35,185 nucleotides of DNA, from contig CAYIJG010000003.1 of NCBI GenBank assembly GCA_964363685.1, positions 1 through 35,185 of the forward strand, in the 5' to 3' direction. A program made the position numbers and the translations under genes. How positions within the stretch are numbered: the stretch's first letter is position 1; every line of letters starts with the position of its first letter. The stretch comes from an uncultured Gammaproteobacteria bacterium. Its GTDB lineage: Bacteria > Patescibacteriota > Patescibacteriia > Magasanikbacterales > GWA2-37-8. Positions 1 to 9,927 of this stretch are shown here, piece by piece. The notes under the pieces were generated by a model. That model saw only the letters and a program-made list of their open reading frames with translations, ran no database searches and was not told the origin of the DNA.

Positions 1-123
1 TACCCATAAAATTAGGTTAAATAATAAACTTACAGATTCGTATTCTACCTTATTTTAGCTGAATATGCAAGGGGTGAGGCTAAATTTTGCCTAAATAGAA
101 AAAAATGCTATCATCGTATACAT

Positions 124-624
124 ATGCAAGTACCCTATCGAAAACCTGGAAAATACGCCATGATGAAATCTGACCCCATGCTTACGGTAGAAAAAATCAA
201 AGAACTGGAAGCGAAGTTGGAAAGATTGAAAAATTATAGCCGACCAAAAGGCGCGGAAGAAGTCAAAAGATTGGCTGAATTTGGTGACTTTTCAGAAAAT
301 GTAGAATACCAACTGGCCAAAGGAAAACTGCGCGGAATAAACAGCGCTATCACAACCATTGAAAACCAACTAAAAAATGCCACTATTATAGAGCCGAATT
401 CTCAACACGAGGTCGTGCAAATTGGCCATCAGGTCACTATTGAAAATGAAGGAAAAGAAAAAACTTACCTTATTCTTGGCTCAACCGAAACAGACCCACA
501 AAAAGGAGTTATTTCTCACGTTTCCCCTCTCGGCTCGGCTTTGATAGGAAAAAAGATTGGAGAGAGTGTGGAATTAAAAATAGCGGGAAAAGGTGTCTGC
601 TACAAAATTACAAAAATAGAATAA
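124..624 (+). CDS. greA: transcription elongation factor GreA
   Basis: 166-aa ORF. N-terminal coiled coil with acidic-tip motif GDFSENVEYQLAK. C-terminal ISHVSPLGSALIGKKIGESVEL domain typical of the GreA/GreB family. Confidence 0.9.
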   Translation: MQVPYRKPGKYAMMKSDPMLTVEKIKELEAKLERLKNYSRPKGAEEVKRLAEFGDFSENVEYQLAKGKLRGINSAITTIENQLKNATIIEPNSQHEVVQIGHQVTIENEGKEKTYLILGSTETDPQKGVISHVSPLGSALIGKKIGESVELKIAGKGVCYKITKIE

Positions 625-632
625 TCTCAAAC

Positions 633-893
633 TTAATTCTTCTTCAAAAAACCCTCTCTAGTCAAAATTTCTTTTTTTCTTTTGGCACCACGATTATACC
701 CACCAATTTTTCCATCTGACCGCACCACTCTGTGACACGGAATTTTTGGGTTATAATTTTTGTTTAAAATATTTCCGACCGCGCGAAAGGCCAGCGGACT
801 ACCTGCTTTTTTGGCGACTTGTTTGTATGTCAAAACTTGGCCTTTGGGAATCTTGGCCACAACACTGTAAACTTTTTCAGTAAAGGAAGACAT
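633..893 (-). CDS. MGMT-family protein (methylated-DNA--protein-cysteine methyltransferase active-site/DNA-binding domain only)
   Basis: 86-aa ORF with PCHRVV active-site motif preceded by LTYKQVAKKAGSPLAFRAVGNIL helix-turn-helix region. Lacks the N-terminal domain of full-length Ogt/Ada. Confidence 0.85.
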   Translation of the reverse strand: MSSFTEKVYSVVAKIPKGQVLTYKQVAKKAGSPLAFRAVGNILNKNYNPKIPCHRVVRSDGKIGGYNRGAKRKKEILTREGFLKKN

Positions 894-899
894 CGGATT

Positions 900-1316
900 T
901 TATTTTGCTTGAATTTGCTTCCAAGCTCTCACGGTCTTACTACTATAATACAAGGCCAAGAAAAAAATTATAGATAAAACTTCATTGACCATAAAAAATG
1001 CCCAATCTATATCCATAGAAGTGGTGGAAGTCATATAATAATTCACGGATGTGTACTGGAAGAATCCGCAACCAATAGCCGAGGCCACGGTATTGATAAT
1101 AACAACCCATTTGTGATTTGGACTTTCTAAGCCAGATAGCGAAGCTACTAAAATAATAGCGATTACCGAAATAACTAACGGCACCTTTATCAATGGCGAA
1201 AAAAATGCCAAAGAGACTATCATTAACACACCGGCTCCTAAAAATAACTTCCTCACAATATCGCCATAATAATGAACTGGTGGCCTGGCAGAAAAATTTT
1301 TACTCTCTTGATCCAT
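900..1316 (-). CDS. hypothetical integral membrane protein
   Basis: 138-aa ORF with about four hydrophobic helices, tightly packed between neighbouring minus-strand genes. No family recognised. Confidence 0.6.
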   Translation of the reverse strand: MDQESKNFSARPPVHYYGDIVRKLFLGAGVLMIVSLAFFSPLIKVPLVISVIAIILVASLSGLESPNHKWVVIINTVASAIGCGFFQYTSVNYYMTSTTSMDIDWAFFMVNEVLSIIFFLALYYSSKTVRAWKQIQAK

Positions 1317-1343
1317 AAATAATTGATTATATTTATAGCTTTA

Positions 1344-2474
1344 TTATAGACCTTGATTGGTTGGTTGTCTAGAATAAATTTTTTTCCTATAAACAATAAA
1401 GGGAAATATCGCAAATAACAACCCCGCAAAGATAAAAGACTCATTTAAGAACCCATAATATGATATAACAAATACAAAAAATAAAGCTAATGCCCGACCG
1501 ACATTGAGAAAAACATCCCTGGCAATCCAAGTTAGAGGAACATTGTCAATCTTATCAAGAATGATATTTGACCGCACCGGATTGAGCAAAGTGCTAACAA
1601 ATTTAAAAAGGATAACAAGAATAATTACGGCCCAGAAACTGCTGACAAAATAAAATGAAATCATAATAACGGCTGAAAGAAATGATAATGGCCAGATGAA
1701 TTCAAACCGCTTGTTATATTTATCGGAAAAACTGGCCAGTTTGAAAGAAAAAATAATAGACATCAAAGCTATAACCGACAATAACTTCCCAAAATCAAAT
1801 TCATCTTTAATAAAAGATAGTAAATATAACGTTATTAAGATACCGGAAATATTTTCTGACGCTCCGTCTATCATAGTGGTGGTACGCACACCTTTGAGAT
1901 GGGTTATGACTTCTATAAATTTATACTTATAGACCTCTTTTTTTATAAACAAAGTTAAAAATAATGCCAAACATAAAATGCCGATAGCTATTCCTACAAA
2001 TATCCCTACGCCAAATCTAAAAAAAATATACCCACCAATAATCGGCGCGATAATACCCACCACCGATCCGATTGACCACATCACAGTCATCTTATGGAGT
2101 CTTTTACTCTCCTGAGTCGATCGAAAAAATAAAATATTATATGGCACAAAAAACATAATTACCCCACTGATTCTAACGATAGTATAGATAAACAAAACCA
2201 CAAGTGGTGAGAATGGTAAGAATAACAAAAAAAGAGAGGCTAAAATAAGTAGAAACCCTAAGCGGAGATCAAAAGGGGCCTCAAATTGTTTTTTGAGAAT
2301 AATAAAAAGAGCCGCCCCGCCATAACCAAGCGCTTCGGCTAAAATAATATAACTAAAATTAAGCTGACTTTTTACAAAATAAGAATACAGAAGAACCACA
2401 AATCCGCTCGCTACCATCCCGTAGACAGCTTGCAACCACCACACCTGAAATTTATTTCGAAGATTGGTAAACAT
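1344..2474 (-). CDS. polytopic membrane transporter, MFS-like (tentative)
   Basis: 376-aa ORF with roughly 10-12 hydrophobic segments throughout. Family assignment rests on topology only. Confidence 0.6.
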   Translation of the reverse strand: MFTNLRNKFQVWWLQAVYGMVASGFVVLLYSYFVKSQLNFSYIILAEALGYGGAALFIILKKQFEAPFDLRLGFLLILASLFLLFLPFSPLVVLFIYTIVRISGVIMFFVPYNILFFRSTQESKRLHKMTVMWSIGSVVGIIAPIIGGYIFFRFGVGIFVGIAIGILCLALFLTLFIKKEVYKYKFIEVITHLKGVRTTTMIDGASENISGILITLYLLSFIKDEFDFGKLLSVIALMSIIFSFKLASFSDKYNKRFEFIWPLSFLSAVIMISFYFVSSFWAVIILVILFKFVSTLLNPVRSNIILDKIDNVPLTWIARDVFLNVGRALALFFVFVISYYGFLNESFIFAGLLFAIFPFIVYRKKIYSRQPTNQGL

Positions 2475-2480
2475 TTTGAC

Positions 2481-2678
2481 CTAACTAATAGAATCTGTCT
2501 TTGGTCTGTTCAACTTGCCGGCAGCCACTGGATTAGGAAATTTCTTTTTTGTCACCCATTTTTTTCTTTCATCTATAACATACCCTTTGGCGTTTTTGAG
2601 CTTATCTTTTTTATCATCATCAGAAGACTTTGGTTGCGCGGCTTTTATCTTGTCCATCTGTTTTTTGTACCATTTCAT
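2481..2678 (-). CDS. small Lys/Asp-rich hypothetical protein
   Basis: 65-aa ORF exactly filling the gap between the CHAP gene and the transporter gene. No SD; coding status uncertain. Confidence 0.35.
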   Translation of the reverse strand: MKWYKKQMDKIKAAQPKSSDDDKKDKLKNAKGYVIDERKKWVTKKKFPNPVAAGKLNRPKTDSIS

Positions 2679-2732
2679 ATTTTATTTTTTAAATACCATA
2701 TTTATAAGCTCTATCCTATCAAACAAACCTAT

Positions 2733-3434
2733 TTAAGTAAAATCAACAAACTGGCCTTTATACCTATCTCGCCAGAGAGCTGGGGAAAGTTTTCTCTCGT
2801 TGTATTTTCCCAACCCAGGTACATTGGCTTCGGAGATAAAAATAGAACCATCGGCAAAAACTTTTTCTATATAGGCAATGTGCCCAGTCTTTTTGGCAGC
2901 TAGGGTCTTAAATCCATCGGTAAAACACATCGCTCCTCCGACTGTTGGCTTGTCCGAAACCTTATACAAATTAAATTTTTTAAAAATCTCTCCCCATTTA
3001 CCGCCATCTCGTCCGCTTCGCACCGGCCATTTGATTTTTACACCATTTTGTTTGAGTTTATAAAAAACATACTCAGTGCATTGCAAATCCCATTTATGTT
3101 TCTCACCACCAAATTCATCACCAATAACTTCTCGCACTATCTTAGTATTGGTATCATTCCATAAATTTGGTATGCCAATTTTAAAAACAGGTTTTTGAGT
3201 AGAAATATTTTTTTTCTTTAGTTCCAAATACTGACTCATCACCCAACCAGTTTTATTTTTACCAGCTACAGATTCATATTTTACTTTGAACCATTCTCCT
3301 TTTTTAGAAAAAAAACTAACCTCCTGGCCAAAGGCCAACAAATCTATCTTATTATCTTTTTCATTTTTAGCCGGAATAAGCGGAGCCGAACGCACGCGCA
3401 AACCAATATCGGCTTTGACTATATATGTGGGCAT
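2733..3434 (-). CDS. SH3b + CHAP domain peptidoglycan hydrolase
   Basis: N-terminal SH3b-like segment (GEWFKVKY...GWVMSQYL). C-terminal CHAP-type Cys (LQCTEYVFY) and His (GHIAYIEKV...ISEAN). Confidence 0.8.
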   Translation of the reverse strand: MPTYIVKADIGLRVRSAPLIPAKNEKDNKIDLLAFGQEVSFFSKKGEWFKVKYESVAGKNKTGWVMSQYLELKKKNISTQKPVFKIGIPNLWNDTNTKIVREVIGDEFGGEKHKWDLQCTEYVFYKLKQNGVKIKWPVRSGRDGGKWGEIFKKFNLYKVSDKPTVGGAMCFTDGFKTLAAKKTGHIAYIEKVFADGSIFISEANVPGLGKYNERKLSPALWRDRYKGQFVDFT

Positions 3435-3624
3435 ATCTTATTAAACAAGACTGCAGCTTAATATATATTATACTCTTTATACCATATAAACCAAGGATAT
3501 TTTTTACACAGAAACAAATTAATAAGTTATCCCCCTTTTATACATTCTGATTACAATCCCCTATTGACGCTTGGATGACAACAGGATATAGTTAAACTAT
3601 TAAACAGTTATTTAATTAATCAAT

Positions 3625-3972
3625 ATGTTGAATAAAGAACAGATACGAGATAACCGTAGGATATTTACTGAAAGTGATAAAAACATGGCTCATGCCTTTA
3701 AAGTCCTTGGGGATCTCAATCGCTATCGCATCTTTCGGGTTCTGGCAGAACAGCCCAAAATTTCTGTTAGTGACTTGGCTCTTATTCTAAACATTTCGCT
3801 TCCCTTGGCTTCACAGCATTTGAAAACACTCACTAACGCTAATCTTTTGCAAAAAGAACGTATCGGCAAGAAAATTTTTCCTAAACTTGAAAAAAACAAC
3901 TTGTTTGTTCAGGCTATCGTAAAAACAGTTGAAAAAGTTGTAAAAATAACAGGTAAAACAAAACAAAAATAA
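3625..3972 (+). CDS. ArsR/SmtB-family transcriptional regulator
   Basis: 115-aa ORF with winged helix-turn-helix: LGDLNRYRIFRVL...VSDLALILNISLPLASQHLKTLTNANLL. Confidence 0.85.
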   Translation: MLNKEQIRDNRRIFTESDKNMAHAFKVLGDLNRYRIFRVLAEQPKISVSDLALILNISLPLASQHLKTLTNANLLQKERIGKKIFPKLEKNNLFVQAIVKTVEKVVKITGKTKQK

Positions 3973-4458
3973 CCACATATGTCACGTTTACCAACAGTTA
4001 AAGAAAAAATGGGTTTACCAAAGGATCGAGAACCAGAGATTCTCCTTGAGCCTATTATTATTGAAAAGATTAAGAAAAAAGAAAAGATTAAAATTAAAAA
4101 AGTTGGCATGTCTAGTCGAGTTGATCCTAATAATCTAACCTACTACAACTAAACCACTCAGAACTCTCACGTCCAAACTATCAAACAAACAGTTTCTAGC
4201 GCGCAATGCCATTCTTAAATGTGGTGGTCGATCATTGCGAACACACAATCAGAGCGTCGCCTATTTAATTCTTAATTATACATATATGGAAAATCCACCA
4301 AACACAGACGCACCAGCAGAACCTACTACACCTACTACCAAGCCTGAAGAAGAAAAAGTCTAATACGTAAGAAACCAGTCGCCTGGCCAATGACCTACTT
4401 TGGCCAGGACTTTTCCATATAAACTAAAGACTTAATTTATCAAACTAAACATTTTTAT

Positions 4459-4608
4459 ATGATTTGGACAATTGCAACTGTTTTAATAATTCTATGGATA
4501 CTTGGTCTGGTCACTTCCTATACCTTAGGCGGATTTATTCACATTCTCCTTGTCATCGCTGTTATTATATTGCTTATTAGAATTATCAGAGGTGAAAAAG
4601 TACTTTAA
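4459..4608 (+). CDS. lmo0937-family small membrane protein
   Basis: 49-aa ORF below the ORF-track cutoff: MIWTIATVLIILWILGLVTSYTLGGFIHILLVIAVIILLIRIIRGEKVL. Matches the characteristic W..LG......LGGFIHILLVIA...L..R motif of the family. Confidence 0.75.
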   Translation: MIWTIATVLIILWILGLVTSYTLGGFIHILLVIAVIILLIRIIRGEKVL

Positions 4609-4635
4609 AAAAATTAATAAATAATTACCAATTAT

Positions 4636-4980
4636 ATGGATTCATACAACTCACCAAGCACCAAACCATTATACAGAGGCACCCAAATAATCTGGTATAT
4701 TCTTGGCCTTGTGGAAACGATTTTAATTTTTCGTTTCTTGTTAAAATTATTCGGCGCTAATGCTTCTGCCGGATTTACCGATTTTATATATACTTTATCC
4801 ACACCCTTTATTATACCGTTTACCACTGTATTTGGCACAAGCAGAGTGGAAAATAGCGTGTTTGAATGGACTACGATTTTGGCTATGGCTGTTTACCTTC
4901 TAATTGGTTGGGGTATAATAAAGATGCTCTCAATGAGCAAGACTGTCTCCACTCCGGAAGCAGCTAGCAAACTCAACTAA
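4636..4980 (+). CDS. YggT-family membrane protein
   Basis: 114-aa ORF. IIWYILGLVETILIFRFLLKLFGAN...FIYTLSTPFIIPF pattern typical of YggT/Ycf19. Confidence 0.8.
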   Translation: MDSYNSPSTKPLYRGTQIIWYILGLVETILIFRFLLKLFGANASAGFTDFIYTLSTPFIIPFTTVFGTSRVENSVFEWTTILAMAVYLLIGWGIIKMLSMSKTVSTPEAASKLN

Positions 4981-5038
4981 ATTAGTTTACATTATACATT
5001 ATTATGATAGGCACACACCCGCAAATGATAGGAACTGT

Positions 5039-6226
5039 ATGAGAAAAAAGATACTCCTCATAATAACAACCCTTGCCGTCTTGATTGTGGGTTTTTGGAT
5101 TTCAAATAAAGCAATTTTATCTTACCGTGCGCGCCAACTTGCCAAACAAGCGCAAGAGATGCAAGACCAGGCTATCCAAAATATTATAGACGCTCATAGT
5201 GGCACGAACTCAACCAGTACAGATCCTTTTGGCGAAGACAAAATCGCGCGCATTCTTTTTATCGGCCTGGATAAACGAGTGGGAGAAAAAAGCGGACACT
5301 GCGACATGATCCAACTGATTACAGTTGATAACAAACTGGGAACCGTCAATATCACAGCCGTGCCCCGAGGCACCTATTCACCTCTACCGGCAGGCAAAGG
5401 CGCTACTTCTTCTGACTATTATGTTTCAAACGCTTGCGGATTTGGCGGGCTAGATTATGGTATAAAACAAATAGAAAAAATCTTGGGCGTAAAGGCAGAT
5501 TATTTGGTGGTAGTAGGATTTTCTGAAACTATCGGTATTTTGCGAAACCTAAAGCTACCAACTACAGAAACTATCCAGTGGCTCCGCAATCGCCATGGTT
5601 ATGCAATTGGCGAACCGCAACGAGCGCACAACCACTCAACCTTTATCAAACAAATGATGATAAGGTACGCGCCGACCAAAACTACCCCAATAGACAAAGC
5701 TCTCCAATATATTGTCTACAAACTGGTAAAGACCAATTTGTCCTTTGCACAGACGCAGAAGATTGTCGAGGCTATTTCAGCTATAGATGTAGCTAACCAT
5801 CCGGAAAAGATCAGCCTATCAATGCGCCCACTCTATCCATACAAAGACATTTCTTATGATCCGGAAAAAATTAACCAAAACTTAGAAGAAACTCTGGGTC
5901 CGATAAAACATTTCTTATCCAAGGAAGATTATAGCGAAGTAACTACAGCCACTCTGCAGGCAAAACTGCTAGATACGATTGAAAAAAATAAAACCAATCC
6001 TGAGCTTGTCTCTTGGGCATATGAAAATAATTTGTGGTTACAAATTGAAGACCAGAAACAAAGCTTGACCATTCAATATAGTTTACTTGCATCTTATCTA
6101 CCATCTTTAGAAAAACAAAAAAGGGAATCTGTGCTCGCAGATTATATTTTGGAAATGGAAAATAGAAACGAAACTGTTTGGGAAGAAAGAGGAAAACAAT
6201 TACTTCTACAGGAAATTGAAAAATAA
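5039..6226 (+). CDS. LCP (LytR-CpsA-Psr) family protein
   Basis: N-terminal TM anchor. ILFIGLDKR...HCDMIQLITVD...VNITAVPRGTY...GGLDYGIKQIEKILGVKADYLVVVGF matches the LCP core layout. Confidence 0.7.
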   Translation: MRKKILLIITTLAVLIVGFWISNKAILSYRARQLAKQAQEMQDQAIQNIIDAHSGTNSTSTDPFGEDKIARILFIGLDKRVGEKSGHCDMIQLITVDNKLGTVNITAVPRGTYSPLPAGKGATSSDYYVSNACGFGGLDYGIKQIEKILGVKADYLVVVGFSETIGILRNLKLPTTETIQWLRNRHGYAIGEPQRAHNHSTFIKQMMIRYAPTKTTPIDKALQYIVYKLVKTNLSFAQTQKIVEAISAIDVANHPEKISLSMRPLYPYKDISYDPEKINQNLEETLGPIKHFLSKEDYSEVTTATLQAKLLDTIEKNKTNPELVSWAYENNLWLQIEDQKQSLTIQYSLLASYLPSLEKQKRESVLADYILEMENRNETVWEERGKQLLLQEIEK

Positions 6227-6255
6227 AGTAAATTAATTCCTCATTCATTTCGTAT

Positions 6256-6906
6256 ATGAAAAAAATATCTTCCCTCCTATTTTTTATCTTAATTACTACT
6301 TCTTTGGTCGGTTGTGGCACCCTTCCTCCTGCCACTAACATTGATGTGCCCTTTATCTCGCAAGCCCCAACTGGCAATTGGTCTGAACCATGGAAAAATG
6401 CCTGTGAAGAAACTTCTATCTATATGGTCAGTAGTTTTTATGCGGATGATACGATTAAACGAGATGAAGCGATTAAACATATCAGAGAAATTATCGCTAC
6501 CAAAAACAAAGAATTTCAAGTTAGTGCGGACGAATCTCTAGAAAAAATTTCAGAGCTTATCAAACTGCTTGGACTCCCTTGGAGCACAGAAATTGTAACA
6601 GACCCGAGCTTAGAAGATATTAAAAAACAACTCGCCAAGAACCAGCCGATCATCGCTCCAGTTTTTGCTCCAGCTTTGCATTATAGCGCCGGTGGCCCGG
6701 ATTATCATGTGATGGTTATAACTGGCTATGATGATAAAACTAGTGAATTTATCGTTAATGATCCGGCGATAAAAAATGGCAAAGGCATCCGCTTTAAGTA
6801 TGATGTATTTATGAAAGCCATTCATGATTTAAACCAAAAGAACTATAAAGCCGGGGAAAAAGCTTTGCTTTTTACTAAACAAGAAGCAGGAATTAATTGG
6901 TTTTAA
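6256..6906 (+). CDS. lipoprotein with peptidase C39-like (papain-fold) domain
   Basis: Lipobox LVGC. VPFISQAP...NACEETSIYMV (catalytic Cys region) and YHVMVITGYDD...FIVNDP (His/Asp region). Confidence 0.7.
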   Translation: MKKISSLLFFILITTSLVGCGTLPPATNIDVPFISQAPTGNWSEPWKNACEETSIYMVSSFYADDTIKRDEAIKHIREIIATKNKEFQVSADESLEKISELIKLLGLPWSTEIVTDPSLEDIKKQLAKNQPIIAPVFAPALHYSAGGPDYHVMVITGYDDKTSEFIVNDPAIKNGKGIRFKYDVFMKAIHDLNQKNYKAGEKALLFTKQEAGINWF

Positions 6907-6911
6907 AAAAA

Positions 6912-7397
6912 TTAACTTTGAAATAGAAACCCAAAAATCAAACTAAAAACGAGCGTGTGTATAACTATAGAAATTACCAAAGCTATATATGAGGACGAGA
7001 CAATCTTTCTGGATAATCCATACAACCCAGCATAGAGGATCTGGGGGATAGAAACAGCTAGTAGCGCTATAAGCGCCAATACACCCACACTCACCTCACC
7101 ACCACTATCAATCACTATCAAAATAATCGGGATTATCGCTATCAATAAAAACGTCACTAAAAATCTTTTGAACAACTGTTTGGTGGAATAATACTTCAGA
7201 CCCTGATTAAGGAGAAGCCCTAACAAAACTACCTGTACCGCATTGGCGATTATTCCTATTAACACTGTTTTGCTTGGAGATGCATCAAGTATACGAAAAG
7301 CCACTAGCCCTCCCCCAACCAAACTTAACGGACCCCAAAGCCCCAGTACTATCTTATACCAAAGCGGTGCGGAAGTTTTTGTTTCAATATTTTCCAT
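6912..7397 (-). CDS. hypothetical integral membrane protein
   Basis: 161-aa ORF, hydrophobic throughout (4-5 helices). No family recognised. Confidence 0.55.
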   Translation of the reverse strand: MENIETKTSAPLWYKIVLGLWGPLSLVGGGLVAFRILDASPSKTVLIGIIANAVQVVLLGLLLNQGLKYYSTKQLFKRFLVTFLLIAIIPIILIVIDSGGEVSVGVLALIALLAVSIPQILYAGLYGLSRKIVSSSYIALVISIVIHTLVFSLIFGFLFQS

Positions 7398-7421
7398 ATT
7401 TTATGATTTGTTTAATAAAAA

Positions 7422-7799
7422 TTAATACTTAAGTCCCGGCGCAAGGGAAAGAAGCATTAACCCTAAGAAAATTAACAAAAACGGCAGAGCGCAAACGCCG
7501 AGGAAGCTACACACAAGACGAATGAAGGCTTTTTTCTTTAAAACCGCATCGCCGATTTTACGCGCGCGGAAAAAATCAATGCAAGACCTTACAAAAGAAG
7601 ACAGTAATAAAACCACTTCTACAATCATTGTTAACACCCAAAACATTAGGAAATAAAAATTCGACAGCATGCTTTCAAATAAAAAAACGCCAACTAAACC
7701 CCAGATCATGAAGACAAGAATAAATACCCAAGAAACCCGAAGAGGCCAAGCAGATCTTAACTGGGGTTGACTAACTGGTTGGCTAGCGGGAATGTCCAT
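7422..7799 (-). CDS. hypothetical membrane protein (paralog of 7892-8272)
   Basis: 125-aa ORF. Same length, topology and motif layout (W..R..W....., F(F/Y)R.R, L.(K/R)K.F.R) as the upstream neighbour. Confidence 0.6.
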   Translation of the reverse strand: MDIPASQPVSQPQLRSAWPLRVSWVFILVFMIWGLVGVFLFESMLSNFYFLMFWVLTMIVEVVLLLSSFVRSCIDFFRARKIGDAVLKKKAFIRLVCSFLGVCALPFLLIFLGLMLLSLAPGLKY

Positions 7800-7891
7800 A
7801 TTTTTTAGATTAATAATAAGGCTAAATTTACCATAATTTTATCATAGCCCTTGTTTTTCGGCCAGAGGTATCTAACCAGATTTACTACCAT

Positions 7892-8272
7892 CTAACGAAC
7901 TATAAAAATAGACTGTGCCACCGAGAACACCAGAAAAACTAAAAATAAAACTAACAAAACCGCCAACAAAAGCCCTGGCAAACTCCAAAGCACTCGTCTA
8001 AATAACTTTCTTCTCAAAACCAAATCCGTTGTTTGACGGTTACGGTAAAAATTAATCAAAGAAGTAATAAAACCAGCTATAAACAAAGTCAAATTAATTA
8101 CCATCAATTGCCCCCAGATAACCAGGTGAAGAAGACTAACATTTTGTGGTTTAAGAACAAAATAAGAAAGAAGCGCCCAGGCAATAATGACCCCTGTGCT
8201 AATCCAGGCGATTCGCACAAACCATAGGGATTTTGATTGCAGAGGGTTAGGCTGGATCGTAAGCGTATCCAT
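7892..8272 (-). CDS. hypothetical membrane protein (paralog of 7422-7799)
   Basis: 126-aa ORF. Tandem duplicate with a conserved upstream region. Confidence 0.6.
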   Translation of the reverse strand: MDTLTIQPNPLQSKSLWFVRIAWISTGVIIAWALLSYFVLKPQNVSLLHLVIWGQLMVINLTLFIAGFITSLINFYRNRQTTDLVLRRKLFRRVLWSLPGLLLAVLLVLFLVFLVFSVAQSIFIVR

Positions 8273-8363
8273 AGAATTAGGTATAACAGTAAATTTAGAG
8301 TAATTTTATCATACGGTTTATTTTTCGGCCAGAGATAATAATCTAAAAATACTCTCGAAACAA

Positions 8364-8393
8364 AACCCCGCCCCGCAGGAGCGGGGCGGGGTT
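8364..8393 (-). terminator. G/C-rich hairpin terminator (AACCCCGCCCCGC-AGGA-GCGGGGCGGGGTT)
   Basis: Perfect 13-bp stem flanked by A- and T-rich runs, downstream of the SPFH gene region. The same stem sequence recurs at 32543-32580. Confidence 0.7.
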
Positions 8394-8637
8394 AGTTTGA
8401 AAAATCAAACTCTAGCTCTACCTATTCAACTGCAGGAGTTGTTGGAGCAGGCTCTTCTGTTGGTTCTGCTGGAGGGGTAGGTTCATCTGTACCATCTAAA
8501 TTGCTGAACATCATATGACTTACGTTAATGAATAATCTGCTAGCTAGTGGTAGCGAGCATTACAATGAGTATACCACATAACGATTTTATGTCAATCCCG
8601 AGTACTCGGGATGATATTTTAAGGACTACCTCTTACT

Positions 8638-9456
8638 TTAATTATTGTTTAATCCCACAAAAGGATTGGCATTACCCCAATAAGTCGGGACTTTTCCATC
8701 CCACTTTTCTATCCAACGCAATTCAACCACTTTAGGGTTAGAACTAAGAGCTTGCGCTTCGGTTCTGATCGCCTTTGCTTTTCCTTCAGCTTCAACAACC
8801 TTCTGGTCCGCTTCAATGCGAATTCTTTCTAAATCTCGTTCAGCTTTGAGTTTAAGTTGTTCGGCCGTCACTTTGGCTTCAATGGCATCGTTAAAAGCGT
8901 TAGAAAAATCAAAGGCAATAATATTTATCTCATCAACTATGATATCATTTTTCACTAATCTTTCGGCCAAATTGATCTTTATTTGTTCTTTAACATCTTC
9001 TCGTCTTATGATAAGTTCTTCGGCGGTAAACTTTGCAGTCACTGCTTTAACTGCCTCTTGAATTGATGGCGCGATAATGCGGGAATTATAATCTTTACCT
9101 ACTTCCTGCCATATTCTATTAACACCGCTCGGAGAAAGATGATAATTTATTGCAACCTTAGAAGTGACAACCTGTAAATCCTTAGATGAGGCACTAGCCG
9201 GAATTTCATCTTTTTGCATCTTTACATCCATCTTTACGACTTGTTGGATAAAAGGAATTTTAAAATAAAGACCTTCGTCAAATACCTTATCTTTGACCGC
9301 TCCAAATTGCAGAAGTATACCTCTTTCACCAGCACCGATTGTTCCGGCAGATCCAAAAATCAAAACCAGCAATAAAAATGCGCCCACTGACAACAAAACG
9401 GTATTTTTTATTTTTTTTAAATCCTCGATTTTTTTAGGGTCAAATATATTATCCAT
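8638..9456 (-). CDS. SPFH/Band 7 (prohibitin/HflC-like) membrane protein
   Basis: 272-aa ORF with N-terminal TM. GERGILLQFGAV...GLYFKIPFIQ...LQVVTSKVAINYHL and a C-terminal coiled coil (AEQLKLKAERDLERIRIEADQK), typical of the SPFH family. Confidence 0.9.
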   Translation of the reverse strand: MDNIFDPKKIEDLKKIKNTVLLSVGAFLLLVLIFGSAGTIGAGERGILLQFGAVKDKVFDEGLYFKIPFIQQVVKMDVKMQKDEIPASASSKDLQVVTSKVAINYHLSPSGVNRIWQEVGKDYNSRIIAPSIQEAVKAVTAKFTAEELIIRREDVKEQIKINLAERLVKNDIIVDEINIIAFDFSNAFNDAIEAKVTAEQLKLKAERDLERIRIEADQKVVEAEGKAKAIRTEAQALSSNPKVVELRWIEKWDGKVPTYWGNANPFVGLNNN

Positions 9457-9591
9457 ACACTATTAAACGTTACTAATTAAAATACTTAGCTTAACGAGCT
9501 AAGTAAGTATGCTAAAAAGACTAAGGAATGTCAAGACTCCTTGTCTTTATGATTGTGAGGATGTGGCTCTTAATCTACTTTTAAAAAATTA

Positions 9592-9873
9592 CTAATTTTT
9601 TACTGTTTTATATCCGAGATTTTCCAATTCGTTATTTCTTGATACCAACAAACATTCTTCTGAACAAAATTTACCTACTACGTTAGATGTTTTTTTATTG
9701 TCCAAATCTAACCATATCTCACCCACTGCTCCAATTAATTTTTCGCATAACTTACAGCCCATATTTGGATCCACATCTGAAACTTTTGAGTGGTATATCT
9801 CTCTTCCAAGAATAGCCTTTATTTGAGCTTCTCTTACTGGATTAAATTCATCTGGATAAAATTTACGTCCCAT
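9592..9873 (-). CDS. hypothetical protein with CxxC...CxxxC pattern
   Basis: 93-aa ORF containing CKLCEK and CSEEC pairs (possible zinc ribbon). No family recognised. Confidence 0.5.
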   Translation of the reverse strand: MGRKFYPDEFNPVREAQIKAILGREIYHSKVSDVDPNMGCKLCEKLIGAVGEIWLDLDNKKTSNVVGKFCSEECLLVSRNNELENLGYKTVKN

Positions 9874-9927
9874 ATATGAGGTAATACGATTTTAAAAATT
9901 TTAAATTTTCCTACAAATCCTTACCCT

